Shown: piece by piece, positions 18,323 to 27,193 of the stretch
Position numbering within the stretch: position 1 is the stretch's first letter
Layout of the letters: each line of letters begins with the position of its first letter
Origin: an uncultured Gammaproteobacteria bacterium
Lineage (GTDB): Bacteria > Patescibacteriota > Microgenomatia > Levybacterales > GWA1-39-11
Length of the DNA stretch: 64,000 nucleotides
NCBI GenBank assembly: GCA_964450885.1
Contig: CAYVFE010000001.1
Coordinates: 246,572 to 310,571, forward strand
Reading direction: 5' to 3'
Notes under the pieces: model-generated
The model's database searches: none
Told to the model about the DNA's origin: nothing
Seen by the model: the letters and a program-made list of their open reading frames with translations, nothing else
Program-made: the position numbers and the translations under genes

Positions 18323-19072
18323 ATGGAAAACGAACAAGCTTCGCGAAATTATCGTGGAGAAATAAAACAATTCGTAAAGAACAAGGGGCAAGTAATTGCG
18401 TCTGGAGGGATCCTTGCAGGACTTAGCATTTTCGGTATGTGTGAGGCGTCAAATGCAGATAATTCCAGTGATGATGAGTATCAGGATTTTAGTTCTACGC
18501 AGCTTGTTGAGGAATCATTTGCCCAGGCTGAAAGTTATCAAAGTTTTGTAGATAGGATTATGGAAGAGTCAAAAGAAAATGTAGACCAGATGGAACAGGA
18601 AATGCAAACAGATGAAGAATTCGACCTTGAGACTCCTACCCCAACTGCTACAAGTACGCCAACTCCGACGATGACTCCTACGCTGACACCCACTCCTATT
18701 CCTCCAACTCCAACTCCTGAGCCATATATTCCGACTCCTACCCCAACGCCTGATGTTTCTCCTCAATCACAATCTTCTTCGAATGTGCCTTCTAACTGCC
18801 CAGAATTGATTGCAGATACTTTCGGTTGGAGTGGTTGTGCGATATCATACTGTGAGAGCGGATGGGATCAGAATGAAACAGGTGATGCTGGAGAACGCGG
18901 GTGGTTTCAAATCCACCCTATCCATAGCGATTCAACTTACGATCCTGTAGGAAATGTCGCAGCAGCAAATAGAATAAGCAATGGAGGAACAGATTGGGGT
19001 GCGTGGTCTGTTAGGGGAGTTCTTAGTAATGGTGGATTTTGTCCGAATGGTGAAGCTGTACCATCTCGATAA
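18323..19072 (+). CDS. Secreted transglycosylase-like (Rpf/SLT-like lysozyme fold) protein with Thr/Pro linker
   Basis: Start at MENEQ, followed by a TM/signal segment (IASGGILAGLSIFGMC), a TPTPTATSTPTPTMTPTLTPTPIPPTPTPEPYIPTPTPTP linker, and a C-terminal CESGWDQNETGDAGERGWFQIHPIH segment. That segment resembles the catalytic-Glu / G-[LF]-FQ transglycosylase-like motif. Confidence 0.5.
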   Translation: MENEQASRNYRGEIKQFVKNKGQVIASGGILAGLSIFGMCEASNADNSSDDEYQDFSSTQLVEESFAQAESYQSFVDRIMEESKENVDQMEQEMQTDEEFDLETPTPTATSTPTPTMTPTLTPTPIPPTPTPEPYIPTPTPTPDVSPQSQSSSNVPSNCPELIADTFGWSGCAISYCESGWDQNETGDAGERGWFQIHPIHSDSTYDPVGNVAAANRISNGGTDWGAWSVRGVLSNGGFCPNGEAVPSR

Positions 19073-19094
19073 ATTTTACTATTTCCAATAGTCC

Positions 19095-19700
19095 TTATTC
19101 TGCGCCGATTATTATCACAGCGTCTTCATCGCCATCGTAGTTGGTTGAGGTATCACCGATGGTGTATTCATCCGAAAGATCGCTTTCCAACAATTCGAGT
19201 AGGGCATTATTTCCGTTTGCTACAGAAATTTCTGTCTCCGTGTAGTCAAAATTGTCTGCATTTTCAGTTCCTCCAACGGTGTAGCCTAAATCACCTAGTA
19301 TGTCAGAAAGCCTTCCTGCAGCCCCTGCTGTACCGCTTCCGTTTTGGATAAGTATTGTATATTCTGAGCGATCTATATCAGAATCGCTGTCATCCTCATC
19401 TGTATCAGCATCCTCCTCTGATGCTGAGTCTTCATCTTCTGGTGTTGGCGCAGGGGTATCCGTAGGGGACTGTGTTATCGCGGGTGTTGCAAATATGTCC
19501 TCTTCTTCAGGTTCTTCATCTGAAGAGAATGCGGAGATTGCGACTATAAGAACAATTATTATTATGAGGATTCCTCCGATTATCGCGAAGAGTTTTTTCT
19601 TATTTTTTCTTCCTCCTTGAGATTCATACACATAAGATCTTCTGGAGTGTGCTTGCGGCTGTTGTTCGTCTTCCATAGTCCTTACCTTGCTCAACACCAT
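19095..19700 (-). CDS. Membrane protein with C-terminal LytR_C-like domain
   Basis: A single TM helix (LFAIIGGILIIIIVLIVAI), an acidic low-complexity linker, and C-terminal TILIQNGSGTAGAAGRLSDILGDLGYTV, typical of the LytR_C domain. Confidence 0.5.
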   Translation of the reverse strand: MVLSKVRTMEDEQQPQAHSRRSYVYESQGGRKNKKKLFAIIGGILIIIIVLIVAISAFSSDEEPEEEDIFATPAITQSPTDTPAPTPEDEDSASEEDADTDEDDSDSDIDRSEYTILIQNGSGTAGAAGRLSDILGDLGYTVGGTENADNFDYTETEISVANGNNALLELLESDLSDEYTIGDTSTNYDGDEDAVIIIGAE

Positions 19701-19778
19701 AATACCACTTTTTTCATTAAATTCAAGTTAAATTGAATATTTATAATAGAATTTAATAGCAAATAGTATAATATTTAA

Positions 19779-20834
19779 ATGAAAAAGTTACTGATCATAA
19801 TTATTATTCTCGTTTGCTTCGGGATATGGTTTTCTCAGAGGGAGAATATTAGTCTAGAGAAAGATATGCTCAATCCCGTTGAAGGTAAAAAGCTTCTAAA
19901 TCAACAAGAGGAAAAATTCATTTTTGTACCCTATTGGACATTCTCGGATGAGCTTGATGTGAATGAATATGGTAGCCTCATATATTTTGGAGTATCTATT
20001 GATGAAAATGGCATCGATAAAAATGAGGAGGGATATAGGAAAATGGATTCTTTTGTGCGTTTTGCCCCAAGTGATAAGAAAAAATACCTTACATTGCGGC
20101 TAGTTAATAGCGAAATAAATGAAAAAATAATCGAGGACGACACCTTTCAAAGAAAGGTTGCATCCCAACTAGCTGATCTTGCAAATAGTCATGAGTTTGA
20201 TGGCGTGGTGATAGATTATGAGACGTCAGCATTCGGATTTGAATCAGTAGAAAATGAGATTACTGATATGTATAAAGTATTTAACTCAGAAGTTAAAAGG
20301 AAGGATTTGGAGCTGCTGGTTACTGTGTTTGGAGATACATATTATAGAGCTCGTCCATATAATATCGGAGAAATAGGCAAGCTTTCTGATGGGGTAATTG
20401 TTATGGCATACGACTTTCATAAGGCGAGACTAAATCCGGGACCGACCTTTTCTTTATCTGATGATGATAAATACGGCTATAGCCTTTTAAGCATGGTAGA
20501 TGATTTTAGTGAGGATGTTCCGGGTGAAAAAATAATTATAACTTTAGGATATTTTGGATATGATTGGAAGCTTTCTGATGACAGAACAAGTATGGGTATG
20601 GCTGAGCCGCTTACTACAAATCAATTTGAATCTAGATTTTTAGCTGGATGCGATTTTGATAATTGTAGAATCAACAAAAATAATGATGGTGAGAGTAGCG
20701 TTTTGTATGAGGATGAGGAAGGGTATAATCATGAAGTTTGGTCTGAGGACATGGATTCTATCGATCGAAAGATCACCGCGCTAAATGATAAGGGTGTGAG
20801 GAGAATCGGTATCTGGGCATATTCATTCTACTAG
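19779..20834 (+). CDS. GH18-like (chitinase-fold) domain protein, probably catalytically degenerate; membrane-anchored
   Basis: N-terminal TM helix. FDGVVIDYE replaces the canonical GH18 DGxDxDWE motif (the middle Asp is Val). A YDF...NPGP block follows. Confidence 0.45.
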   Translation: MKKLLIIIIILVCFGIWFSQRENISLEKDMLNPVEGKKLLNQQEEKFIFVPYWTFSDELDVNEYGSLIYFGVSIDENGIDKNEEGYRKMDSFVRFAPSDKKKYLTLRLVNSEINEKIIEDDTFQRKVASQLADLANSHEFDGVVIDYETSAFGFESVENEITDMYKVFNSEVKRKDLELLVTVFGDTYYRARPYNIGEIGKLSDGVIVMAYDFHKARLNPGPTFSLSDDDKYGYSLLSMVDDFSEDVPGEKIIITLGYFGYDWKLSDDRTSMGMAEPLTTNQFESRFLAGCDFDNCRINKNNDGESSVLYEDEEGYNHEVWSEDMDSIDRKITALNDKGVRRIGIWAYSFY

Positions 20835-20879
20835 GGCTTGAAAACGAAACTATAAGGATGTAAACTCAGCTTCATAGTA

Positions 20880-23876
20880 ATGAAATTGCTTAAGGCTTTA
20901 TTACTGCTCACCCTGCTTTCTTTTTTTATGTCTGTAAAGACACCTGTCGAAGCGGTAGGTTTTGAAAGAACAGAAATTGTTTCCGGCCTAACTGCTGCAG
21001 TAAAGTTAATCCATTTACCTGATGGAAGAATGTTGGTTGCAGAGAAAGCTGGTAAAGTTAGGGTCATAAAAGATGGACAGCTTCTTTCGGCCCCCATGTT
21101 GGACATTTCGGATCATGTTAATAATTATGTAGACAGAGGGCTTCTTTCCATAGCAATAGACCCTGATTTTGAGGAAAATTTTTACTTATATCTTCTCTAT
21201 ACGCATCAGGGCACGAACGATCCTGCTGATAAGAATAAGACGAATAGATTAGTCAGAGTTCAGCTCCCATCAGCAACTGCAGACGAAGCTGTTCCTAGCA
21301 TTAATCCCCCAGAGGCTATAATTTTAGGGTCAGTAGATGACCCATTCTGTGGGCCCGGATTAGACTGCATGCCCATAAATAGCTATTCTCATGCTATTGG
21401 AGATATAGTTTTTGATGAAGAGGAAAATATATTTTTATCTGTTGGAGATGGTTCCGAATATGATTTTGTTGATCCGCAAGCTTTGCGTGCTCAAAATCCC
21501 GATTGGCTACTTGGCAAAGTTTTGCATATAAATAGAGAGGGAGAAGGTCTAGATTCAAACCCTTATTATAATGGTGATCCGGATGCGCCCAGGTCTAAGG
21601 TTTACCAGATGGGTCTTAGGAATCCATTTAGGCTTACCTTGCACCCTGATTTCGGATTGTTTACAACAGACGTTGGGTGGTATTTGTGGGAAGAGGTAAA
21701 TCATGGAGGAGTCGGAGCAAATTTTGGGTGGCCTTGCTTTGAGGGGAATGATCCTACCACAGAGTATAGTACAAATCCTCAGATATTGGATTTTTGTCAA
21801 GATATGTACGATAACCCTACAGACAAAAAACCTTTATATGAGTATAGTCATGAAGGGGGAGGGGGAGCAGCAATCGGAGGAGCGTTTTATGATGGTACGG
21901 AATATCCTGAGGAATATCGTAATAATTTCTTTTTTGCAGACCATGATAAGAAATGGGTTAGAAGACTGAGCTTTACCTCTGAGGGAGAGTTCGAATCAGC
22001 TGAGAACTTTATGGCGGATGTTCAGGAGCCTGTTATGGTTTTTTCATATCCGGATAATGGCGATATAGGCTGGATTTCTATATGGTCCGGAAAAATTATC
22101 CGTGTGTCATATAATGAGAACAACAGGGCGCCGGTTGCAGTTGCTTCTTCTAATATAACTTCAGGGGCCGTGCCTTTGACTGTCGAATTTGACGGATCAT
22201 TATCTTCAGATCCAGATGAAGATGAGTTAACGTTTAATTGGGATTTTGGTGATGGCAGCAGTTCAGCAGAGGTGAATCCTGTTCATACATATAGTAGTCC
22301 GGGAACTATGAGTGTTACTTTAACGGTTTCAGATGGATTTAGTGAGGCTACGGATACTATTACTATTAATGTAGGAGATGAAGCGCCTGTAATTAGTATT
22401 ACTTCTCCAATCAAAGACACGAATTTTGTAGCTCCTGCAGCAATACAATATAGTGGAAGTGCGGTAGATACTTCAGGTAATCCTATTCCTGCAGAAAATG
22501 TAAGTTGGAAGTTGATAATTCATCACAATGATCACATCCACGTCGAATTTGATGGTGTTACTGGTTATGCTGGGTCAAAAACACTTCCATATCATGCAGA
22601 TAATTCATTTTATGAGCTAGAATTTACTGCCACTGATCCTAATAACGGCTTAACTTCTAAAAAAACTGTAAATTTTTACGTTCTTCCTGAAGGATCTGGC
22701 TCGGAAATTGTAATATATGCGGCAGGGACGTTAGCTCATGATTCTTATCCAACGATGGAGTTATTAGTAGATGATGTTGTCGTTGCTAGTTATGAAAATG
22801 TTATGGGAGATCCTCAAGAGAGAATGTTTGAACAGTTTGCCTATAATCACACGTCTAATGTTAAGGCTGAGCAGATAAAGGTCAGATTTACGAATGATTT
22901 TTACAGTCAAGCTGAGGGACAAGATAGAAATCTCATGGTTGATAAAGTGATAGTTGACGGTATAACCTACGAAACCGAAGATCAGAATGTTTTCTCAGTA
23001 GGATCGTGGTCTGCAGATAACGACTGTGGTCCAGGCTATAAACGCAGTGAAGAGTTAGCATGTAACGGATACTTTTCTTATGCAGGAGGTAGCCTGATTG
23101 AGGTATTTGCTGCAGGTACTCCAGCTGGAGGAGTTTATCCAAATGCTCAACTTGTCATAAATAATGTGGTGGTTGCGACATCTAATAATATCCAAGGAGA
23201 TATCGAGAATAGAGATTTTGAAAGAATTGCATATAGATATCCCATAAAGCTTACCGAGAGTGATAAGATCCAAGTCAAATTTACAAATGACTTGAACGAA
23301 AATGGCGAAGACAGGAATTTAATAGTTGATAAAATTAGAGTTGATGGGATAGATTATGAGACAGAGAGTTCTAGTGTATTTTCTTTTGGCTCCTGGTCAG
23401 CAGCTAATAGTTGTGGGCCAGGGTACAAATTAAGTGAAACACTTGCCTGCAATGGATATTTTGAATATACATTCTCAAATCCACAAGGATCACAAATTGA
23501 CATCTATGCTGCTGGGACACCTGCAGTTGGTGTTTATCCAAACATCGAGCTTCTTATTGATGATGTGGTGGTAAAAACATTTTTTGGAGTAGGTTCTACC
23601 TTCGGTCCAGGGTTCTTTGAGACGCTGAAATATACTCATAGAGATACGGTTTTACCTTCACAAATAAAGGTACGTTTCATAAATGACTATTACGATGCGT
23701 TAACTGGAGATAATAGGGATGCATTTATTGATAGGATAAGCATTGATGGAGTTGATTATCAAAGCGAAGACCCATCAGTTTATTCGGAAGGTTCCTGGTC
23801 AGTAGGTAATGGTTGTGGTGGAGGATATAAAGCTTCTGAAATGCTTTCTTGCAATAATTCCTACTTTCAATACTAG
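20880..23876 (+). CDS. Large secreted/surface protein: SGDH-type (glucose/sorbosone dehydrogenase-like) beta-propeller + PKD domain + three tandem ~135-aa carbohydrate-binding-like repeats
   Basis: Signal peptide MKLLKALLLLTLLSFFMSV. The propeller carries HAIGDIVFDEEENIFLSVGDGS, matching the H.GG..FGPDG..Y.S.GD pattern. The PKD block is TFNWDFGDGSS...HTYSSPGTMSVTLTVSDG. Three repeats each show YAAGT..YP...L..DVVV....IKVRFTNDxY...DRNL.VD.I.VDGI.YE.E..VFS.GSWS..N.CGPGYK.SE.LACNGYF.Y. Confidence 0.6.
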   Translation: MKLLKALLLLTLLSFFMSVKTPVEAVGFERTEIVSGLTAAVKLIHLPDGRMLVAEKAGKVRVIKDGQLLSAPMLDISDHVNNYVDRGLLSIAIDPDFEENFYLYLLYTHQGTNDPADKNKTNRLVRVQLPSATADEAVPSINPPEAIILGSVDDPFCGPGLDCMPINSYSHAIGDIVFDEEENIFLSVGDGSEYDFVDPQALRAQNPDWLLGKVLHINREGEGLDSNPYYNGDPDAPRSKVYQMGLRNPFRLTLHPDFGLFTTDVGWYLWEEVNHGGVGANFGWPCFEGNDPTTEYSTNPQILDFCQDMYDNPTDKKPLYEYSHEGGGGAAIGGAFYDGTEYPEEYRNNFFFADHDKKWVRRLSFTSEGEFESAENFMADVQEPVMVFSYPDNGDIGWISIWSGKIIRVSYNENNRAPVAVASSNITSGAVPLTVEFDGSLSSDPDEDELTFNWDFGDGSSSAEVNPVHTYSSPGTMSVTLTVSDGFSEATDTITINVGDEAPVISITSPIKDTNFVAPAAIQYSGSAVDTSGNPIPAENVSWKLIIHHNDHIHVEFDGVTGYAGSKTLPYHADNSFYELEFTATDPNNGLTSKKTVNFYVLPEGSGSEIVIYAAGTLAHDSYPTMELLVDDVVVASYENVMGDPQERMFEQFAYNHTSNVKAEQIKVRFTNDFYSQAEGQDRNLMVDKVIVDGITYETEDQNVFSVGSWSADNDCGPGYKRSEELACNGYFSYAGGSLIEVFAAGTPAGGVYPNAQLVINNVVVATSNNIQGDIENRDFERIAYRYPIKLTESDKIQVKFTNDLNENGEDRNLIVDKIRVDGIDYETESSSVFSFGSWSAANSCGPGYKLSETLACNGYFEYTFSNPQGSQIDIYAAGTPAVGVYPNIELLIDDVVVKTFFGVGSTFGPGFFETLKYTHRDTVLPSQIKVRFINDYYDALTGDNRDAFIDRISIDGVDYQSEDPSVYSEGSWSVGNGCGGGYKASEMLSCNNSYFQY

Positions 23877-23889
23877 ATTTTTTCCACGA

Positions 23890-23967
23890 AAAAAGAGCGG
23901 AGGTGCTTTATCAGAAGAACTCTGACAAAGGTTTGATCCTGAATGGACCAAACTTCCGCTCTTTTCC
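23890..23967 (-). terminator. Compound rho-independent terminator for the minus-strand GT2-GH gene
   Basis: On the minus strand, AAAAGAGCGGA pairs with UCCGCUCUUUU around an inner GGUUUGAUCC/GGACCAAAC hairpin, followed by a U-run (plus-strand A-run at 23889-23894). Confidence 0.4.
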
Positions 23968-23984
23968 AGTTGTGCAGTTAGCTC

Positions 23985-26675
23985 TTAGCGTTCTTTTAGT
24001 TCGAAGTACGGATTGCTGATTCCGTTCATGAACGCTTCGAGTTTTACCCCCGTTAACCTCCAGTCGATTACGACGTTAGGCCGAGGGTGCTGCGCGTTGT
24101 AGTAGACGAGACTTACGAGCATCGGATAATTCTGCACCGACGCAAGCATTTTCGCTACCCAATCCGCTTCCAGCGGGAGATTCTCAAGTGAGACTCCCAC
24201 CTCAGGGATGATGATAGGTTTGCCATAGCTGGCAAACCCTGGGTACATCGACGCCATCAGTTCGTCGAAGCTCAGGTATCCACCCTTCTGCCACACGTAT
24301 GTGGCAAATACGGTGAATCCCACGAAGTCGACGTAGTCGTCGCCAGGGTAGTACACAGTGTAATTCGGGATGTAGCCCGCGGGGCTCCATAAGAAGCGTG
24401 CATTCGGAGCACTCTCCTTAATGATCCCGTACACGTGTCGCCAAGCTGGCGCATAAAGCTCCGGTTCGGTGTCCCATGGGAATGAGCCGTTAAGGTCCAT
24501 CTCGTGAGCAAACCGAATGATGATCGGAGATCCGCCGTCATACCTGCCGATCAGGTTACCCCACGCCCGGATGTAGTCGTCGTACTTGCCGTCGACAATA
24601 TCCTGCAGGGAAACTCCCTCAGATCCATCTGGCGACCAGATCCATGGTTCCCATGTGATCAGGGAGATCTGGTTCTGCTCTGCTGCCGTCAGTATCTGCG
24701 TGTCGAGGTAGTCCATGGTGTCCGGATTCCAGTCTGCAAAGACCATGTTGATCTTGCTGATGGAGGACAGGGCTTGATCCGGATCCCAGGCTCCTATCGC
24801 CACTCCAGAAAATTCCTGTTCGACGAATCTCGCAGAAACTGTAGGAAGTGGTGTCGGTGTTGGGGTCGGAGTAGGCGTTGGGGTAGGCGTTGCCCTTGGT
24901 GGCGTTCTGGTAGGGACAGGAGTTGAAGTATTGGCATCGATTTGAGAGGGCGTTGCTGCCCGCTGCAGATCTGGTGCCTCAGTTATAACTACCATTCCCC
25001 CATCTGAGAAAGTGCGGGCTATCGGCGACGATTGAGGTTGTATTAGTGCGATTGCTGTAGCTGATGATGCGATAGCAACAGCAGCAACCCCAAAGTACGC
25101 GGCTTTTCGTCGATACGCCACCAGCGTTGGACGAGACCGAAGCAGGTGCTTCTGGGAGCTTATGACCACCGCAAGTTGTGTCGCGATGGTAAAGGCCGCC
25201 CAGAAACGGAGCTGCGGCGCCTCACCGTTGCCGGTCATGAAGCTCGCTGCGATTCCGCTCAGGGACAGGATGATGAGAAATCCATGCATGCGGAATGCAG
25301 CAAGGGAGTCTTTTTGCACCTGTGTACCTTTTGCGGTGACGACGTACTGGAGCTTCCGATAGAAGGCGACCAGAAGGAAGGCCCTGAAGTATATTGGAAG
25401 TGCTCCTAGCGTAAGGAACATCCCTTTCAGTCCAAGTCCCTTCTCTCGCTCCGGGTCGAGGTAGAACCTCTGACACCATCGCTCGATAAGCACCGAGATT
25501 AGGAAGGGTGGCATCGCATGGTAGGCCCACTGCCAGATGTCCATAGCTCCCGCCGACACTCCGAAGAGTAGGTAGAGAGAGGTGAGGATGACAGAGAGTG
25601 CCATGGTGACGCCTGCTAGGTAGTACGTCTGGACGAAGAAATACCCCAGTCGTCTCTTCCAGTTGAACTTGAGAAGGAGACGGGGAGAGTCGTCACGTAC
25701 GATCTCGAAAATCCCGTAGGACCAACGAGTTTGTTGGTTAAGGTATTCTTCCCATGAGGAAGGGCCTTCTCCGATTGCGATGATCTCTGGGACGTAGATT
25801 CCTTTCCAGCCTTTGGATAGCATCCTCATGCCGGTCAGGTGGTCTTCGACGATCTTTGATGCATATCCACCCGCGTCTTGCAGAGCGGATGGACGATAGA
25901 CGTGATTGGTGCCGATGAAAAGCGGCATCCCGAGACCATTGAGTCCCTGTTGGAGGGGACCATGGAAGCAGAATGACTGCTCGGCTGCACCACGTGCGAT
26001 CCAGTTTTCCTGGTTGCCGTAGATCTGAGGACCGACAACGAATCCCACCTGGCGATCCCGAAAGTACCCGAGGGTCCTATCGAGATAATCCTTGGTGGGC
26101 ACGTGGTCCATGTCCATCTGAGCTACGAAGTCGTAGGCATCTTCGTATGCATCGCGCCATGCGTTGTGGTTGCCCGCCTTGGTCTTGGCCTTGAACGGGC
26201 CCGATGGCTGGTTGTATCGTCCTATCCCCTTTCGGGAAAAGTGACGAACACCCAGTCTTTGGCACATGTCCTTGACGATGACGTCATCTCCCTCGTCGAG
26301 AACCCACGTGTCGTGAGGATAGTCAACTTCCGTCATGGCTTTGAGCGTTACCTCTAGCATGTCGTAAGGTTCTTTTCCCGGAACGAAGCACGTAAGCATC
26401 GCGACTCGGAGTCCTGGACGCGGTTTCTGGTAGGGTGTCCTTTTCATGTGGGACACGATGTACCAGAAGCCCAGGCGTTGCACGAGACCGTGCCAGATAA
26501 CGCCTGTGAGGGCAAGGTAGAAGACGATGTCGAGCCAGTCGAATCCTCCCTGTCCCCAGTTCGATGGGATGTGGTTGGGATTAAACCACCAAACCGCATA
26601 GCGGATGATGGCAAAGATGGCCAGCGTCACCACGAGGGTGAAGAAGACCTTCTCTTTCCGGGACATCACGTTCAT
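23985..26675 (-). CDS. Fusion protein: membrane-embedded processive family-2 glycosyltransferase (cellulose-synthase/BcsA-like) - Pro/Thr linker - C-terminal GH26-like (clan GH-A) glycoside hydrolase domain
   Basis: 896 aa. GT2 motifs LDEGDD, KAGNHN (cf. BcsA KAGNLN), AQMDMDH, VEDHLTGMRM (TED-like) and QQTRW, plus multiple TM helices. Linker TPVPTRTPPRATPTPTPTPTPTPTPLPT. The C-terminal hydrolase domain carries IIIRFAHEMDL, an R-x-x-H-E acid/base motif of GH26 type. The gene is visibly GC-rich relative to its flanks. Confidence 0.7.
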   Translation of the reverse strand: MNVMSRKEKVFFTLVVTLAIFAIIRYAVWWFNPNHIPSNWGQGGFDWLDIVFYLALTGVIWHGLVQRLGFWYIVSHMKRTPYQKPRPGLRVAMLTCFVPGKEPYDMLEVTLKAMTEVDYPHDTWVLDEGDDVIVKDMCQRLGVRHFSRKGIGRYNQPSGPFKAKTKAGNHNAWRDAYEDAYDFVAQMDMDHVPTKDYLDRTLGYFRDRQVGFVVGPQIYGNQENWIARGAAEQSFCFHGPLQQGLNGLGMPLFIGTNHVYRPSALQDAGGYASKIVEDHLTGMRMLSKGWKGIYVPEIIAIGEGPSSWEEYLNQQTRWSYGIFEIVRDDSPRLLLKFNWKRRLGYFFVQTYYLAGVTMALSVILTSLYLLFGVSAGAMDIWQWAYHAMPPFLISVLIERWCQRFYLDPEREKGLGLKGMFLTLGALPIYFRAFLLVAFYRKLQYVVTAKGTQVQKDSLAAFRMHGFLIILSLSGIAASFMTGNGEAPQLRFWAAFTIATQLAVVISSQKHLLRSRPTLVAYRRKAAYFGVAAVAIASSATAIALIQPQSSPIARTFSDGGMVVITEAPDLQRAATPSQIDANTSTPVPTRTPPRATPTPTPTPTPTPTPLPTVSARFVEQEFSGVAIGAWDPDQALSSISKINMVFADWNPDTMDYLDTQILTAAEQNQISLITWEPWIWSPDGSEGVSLQDIVDGKYDDYIRAWGNLIGRYDGGSPIIIRFAHEMDLNGSFPWDTEPELYAPAWRHVYGIIKESAPNARFLWSPAGYIPNYTVYYPGDDYVDFVGFTVFATYVWQKGGYLSFDELMASMYPGFASYGKPIIIPEVGVSLENLPLEADWVAKMLASVQNYPMLVSLVYYNAQHPRPNVVIDWRLTGVKLEAFMNGISNPYFELKER

Positions 26676-27193
26676 CTGAATCTCCCTGTGGGATCGGTGA
26701 AGGCTTTGATGGTGGCAAGCAGAACGGGAGGAGTCCTCGCCTTCTGCTGGCTGTTGCTCCGGTTAGGAAGCATTAAGGTGAGCCACCATGCGGTCGGATC
26801 GATCGTTGGGCAGAAGTTTGTCATCATGTTGATGAAGACAAGGACAGTGCCCCAAGTTGCCGAGAGCATTCTTGTTTTCTCCTAGGTCAATCGTTGTTGG
26901 GATGGTCGTGACGGGTATTTCTTGCTTTGCAGCTTGTGTACCCTGGTATCATTGTCAATGAGCGCAGTCTTTCGACGCACAACTGGTTTCTTGGCTAACA
27001 AAAAAACCCACGCAAAACTTTCGTTCATTTGCAGGCAGTCTGTGTCAAGATATTGTTGTCACCTTGGTTTCAAGAATCCGCTCCAGCTAAGGAATGGCTT
27101 ATCGACCTAGAGTGAACAACAACTGCGGAGATTATAAGGGTAAAGAGCAATTAGAGTCAATGGCTTAGAGTTTTATCTATTAAGATAAATTAC

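Noticed and set aside
26672-26869. 65-aa hydrophobic ORF overlapping the start of the GT2-GH gene by 4 nt
   Set aside because: Plausible as a co-transferred small membrane protein, but too short and unanchored by any motif to call as a feature. It is mentioned under the island finding only.
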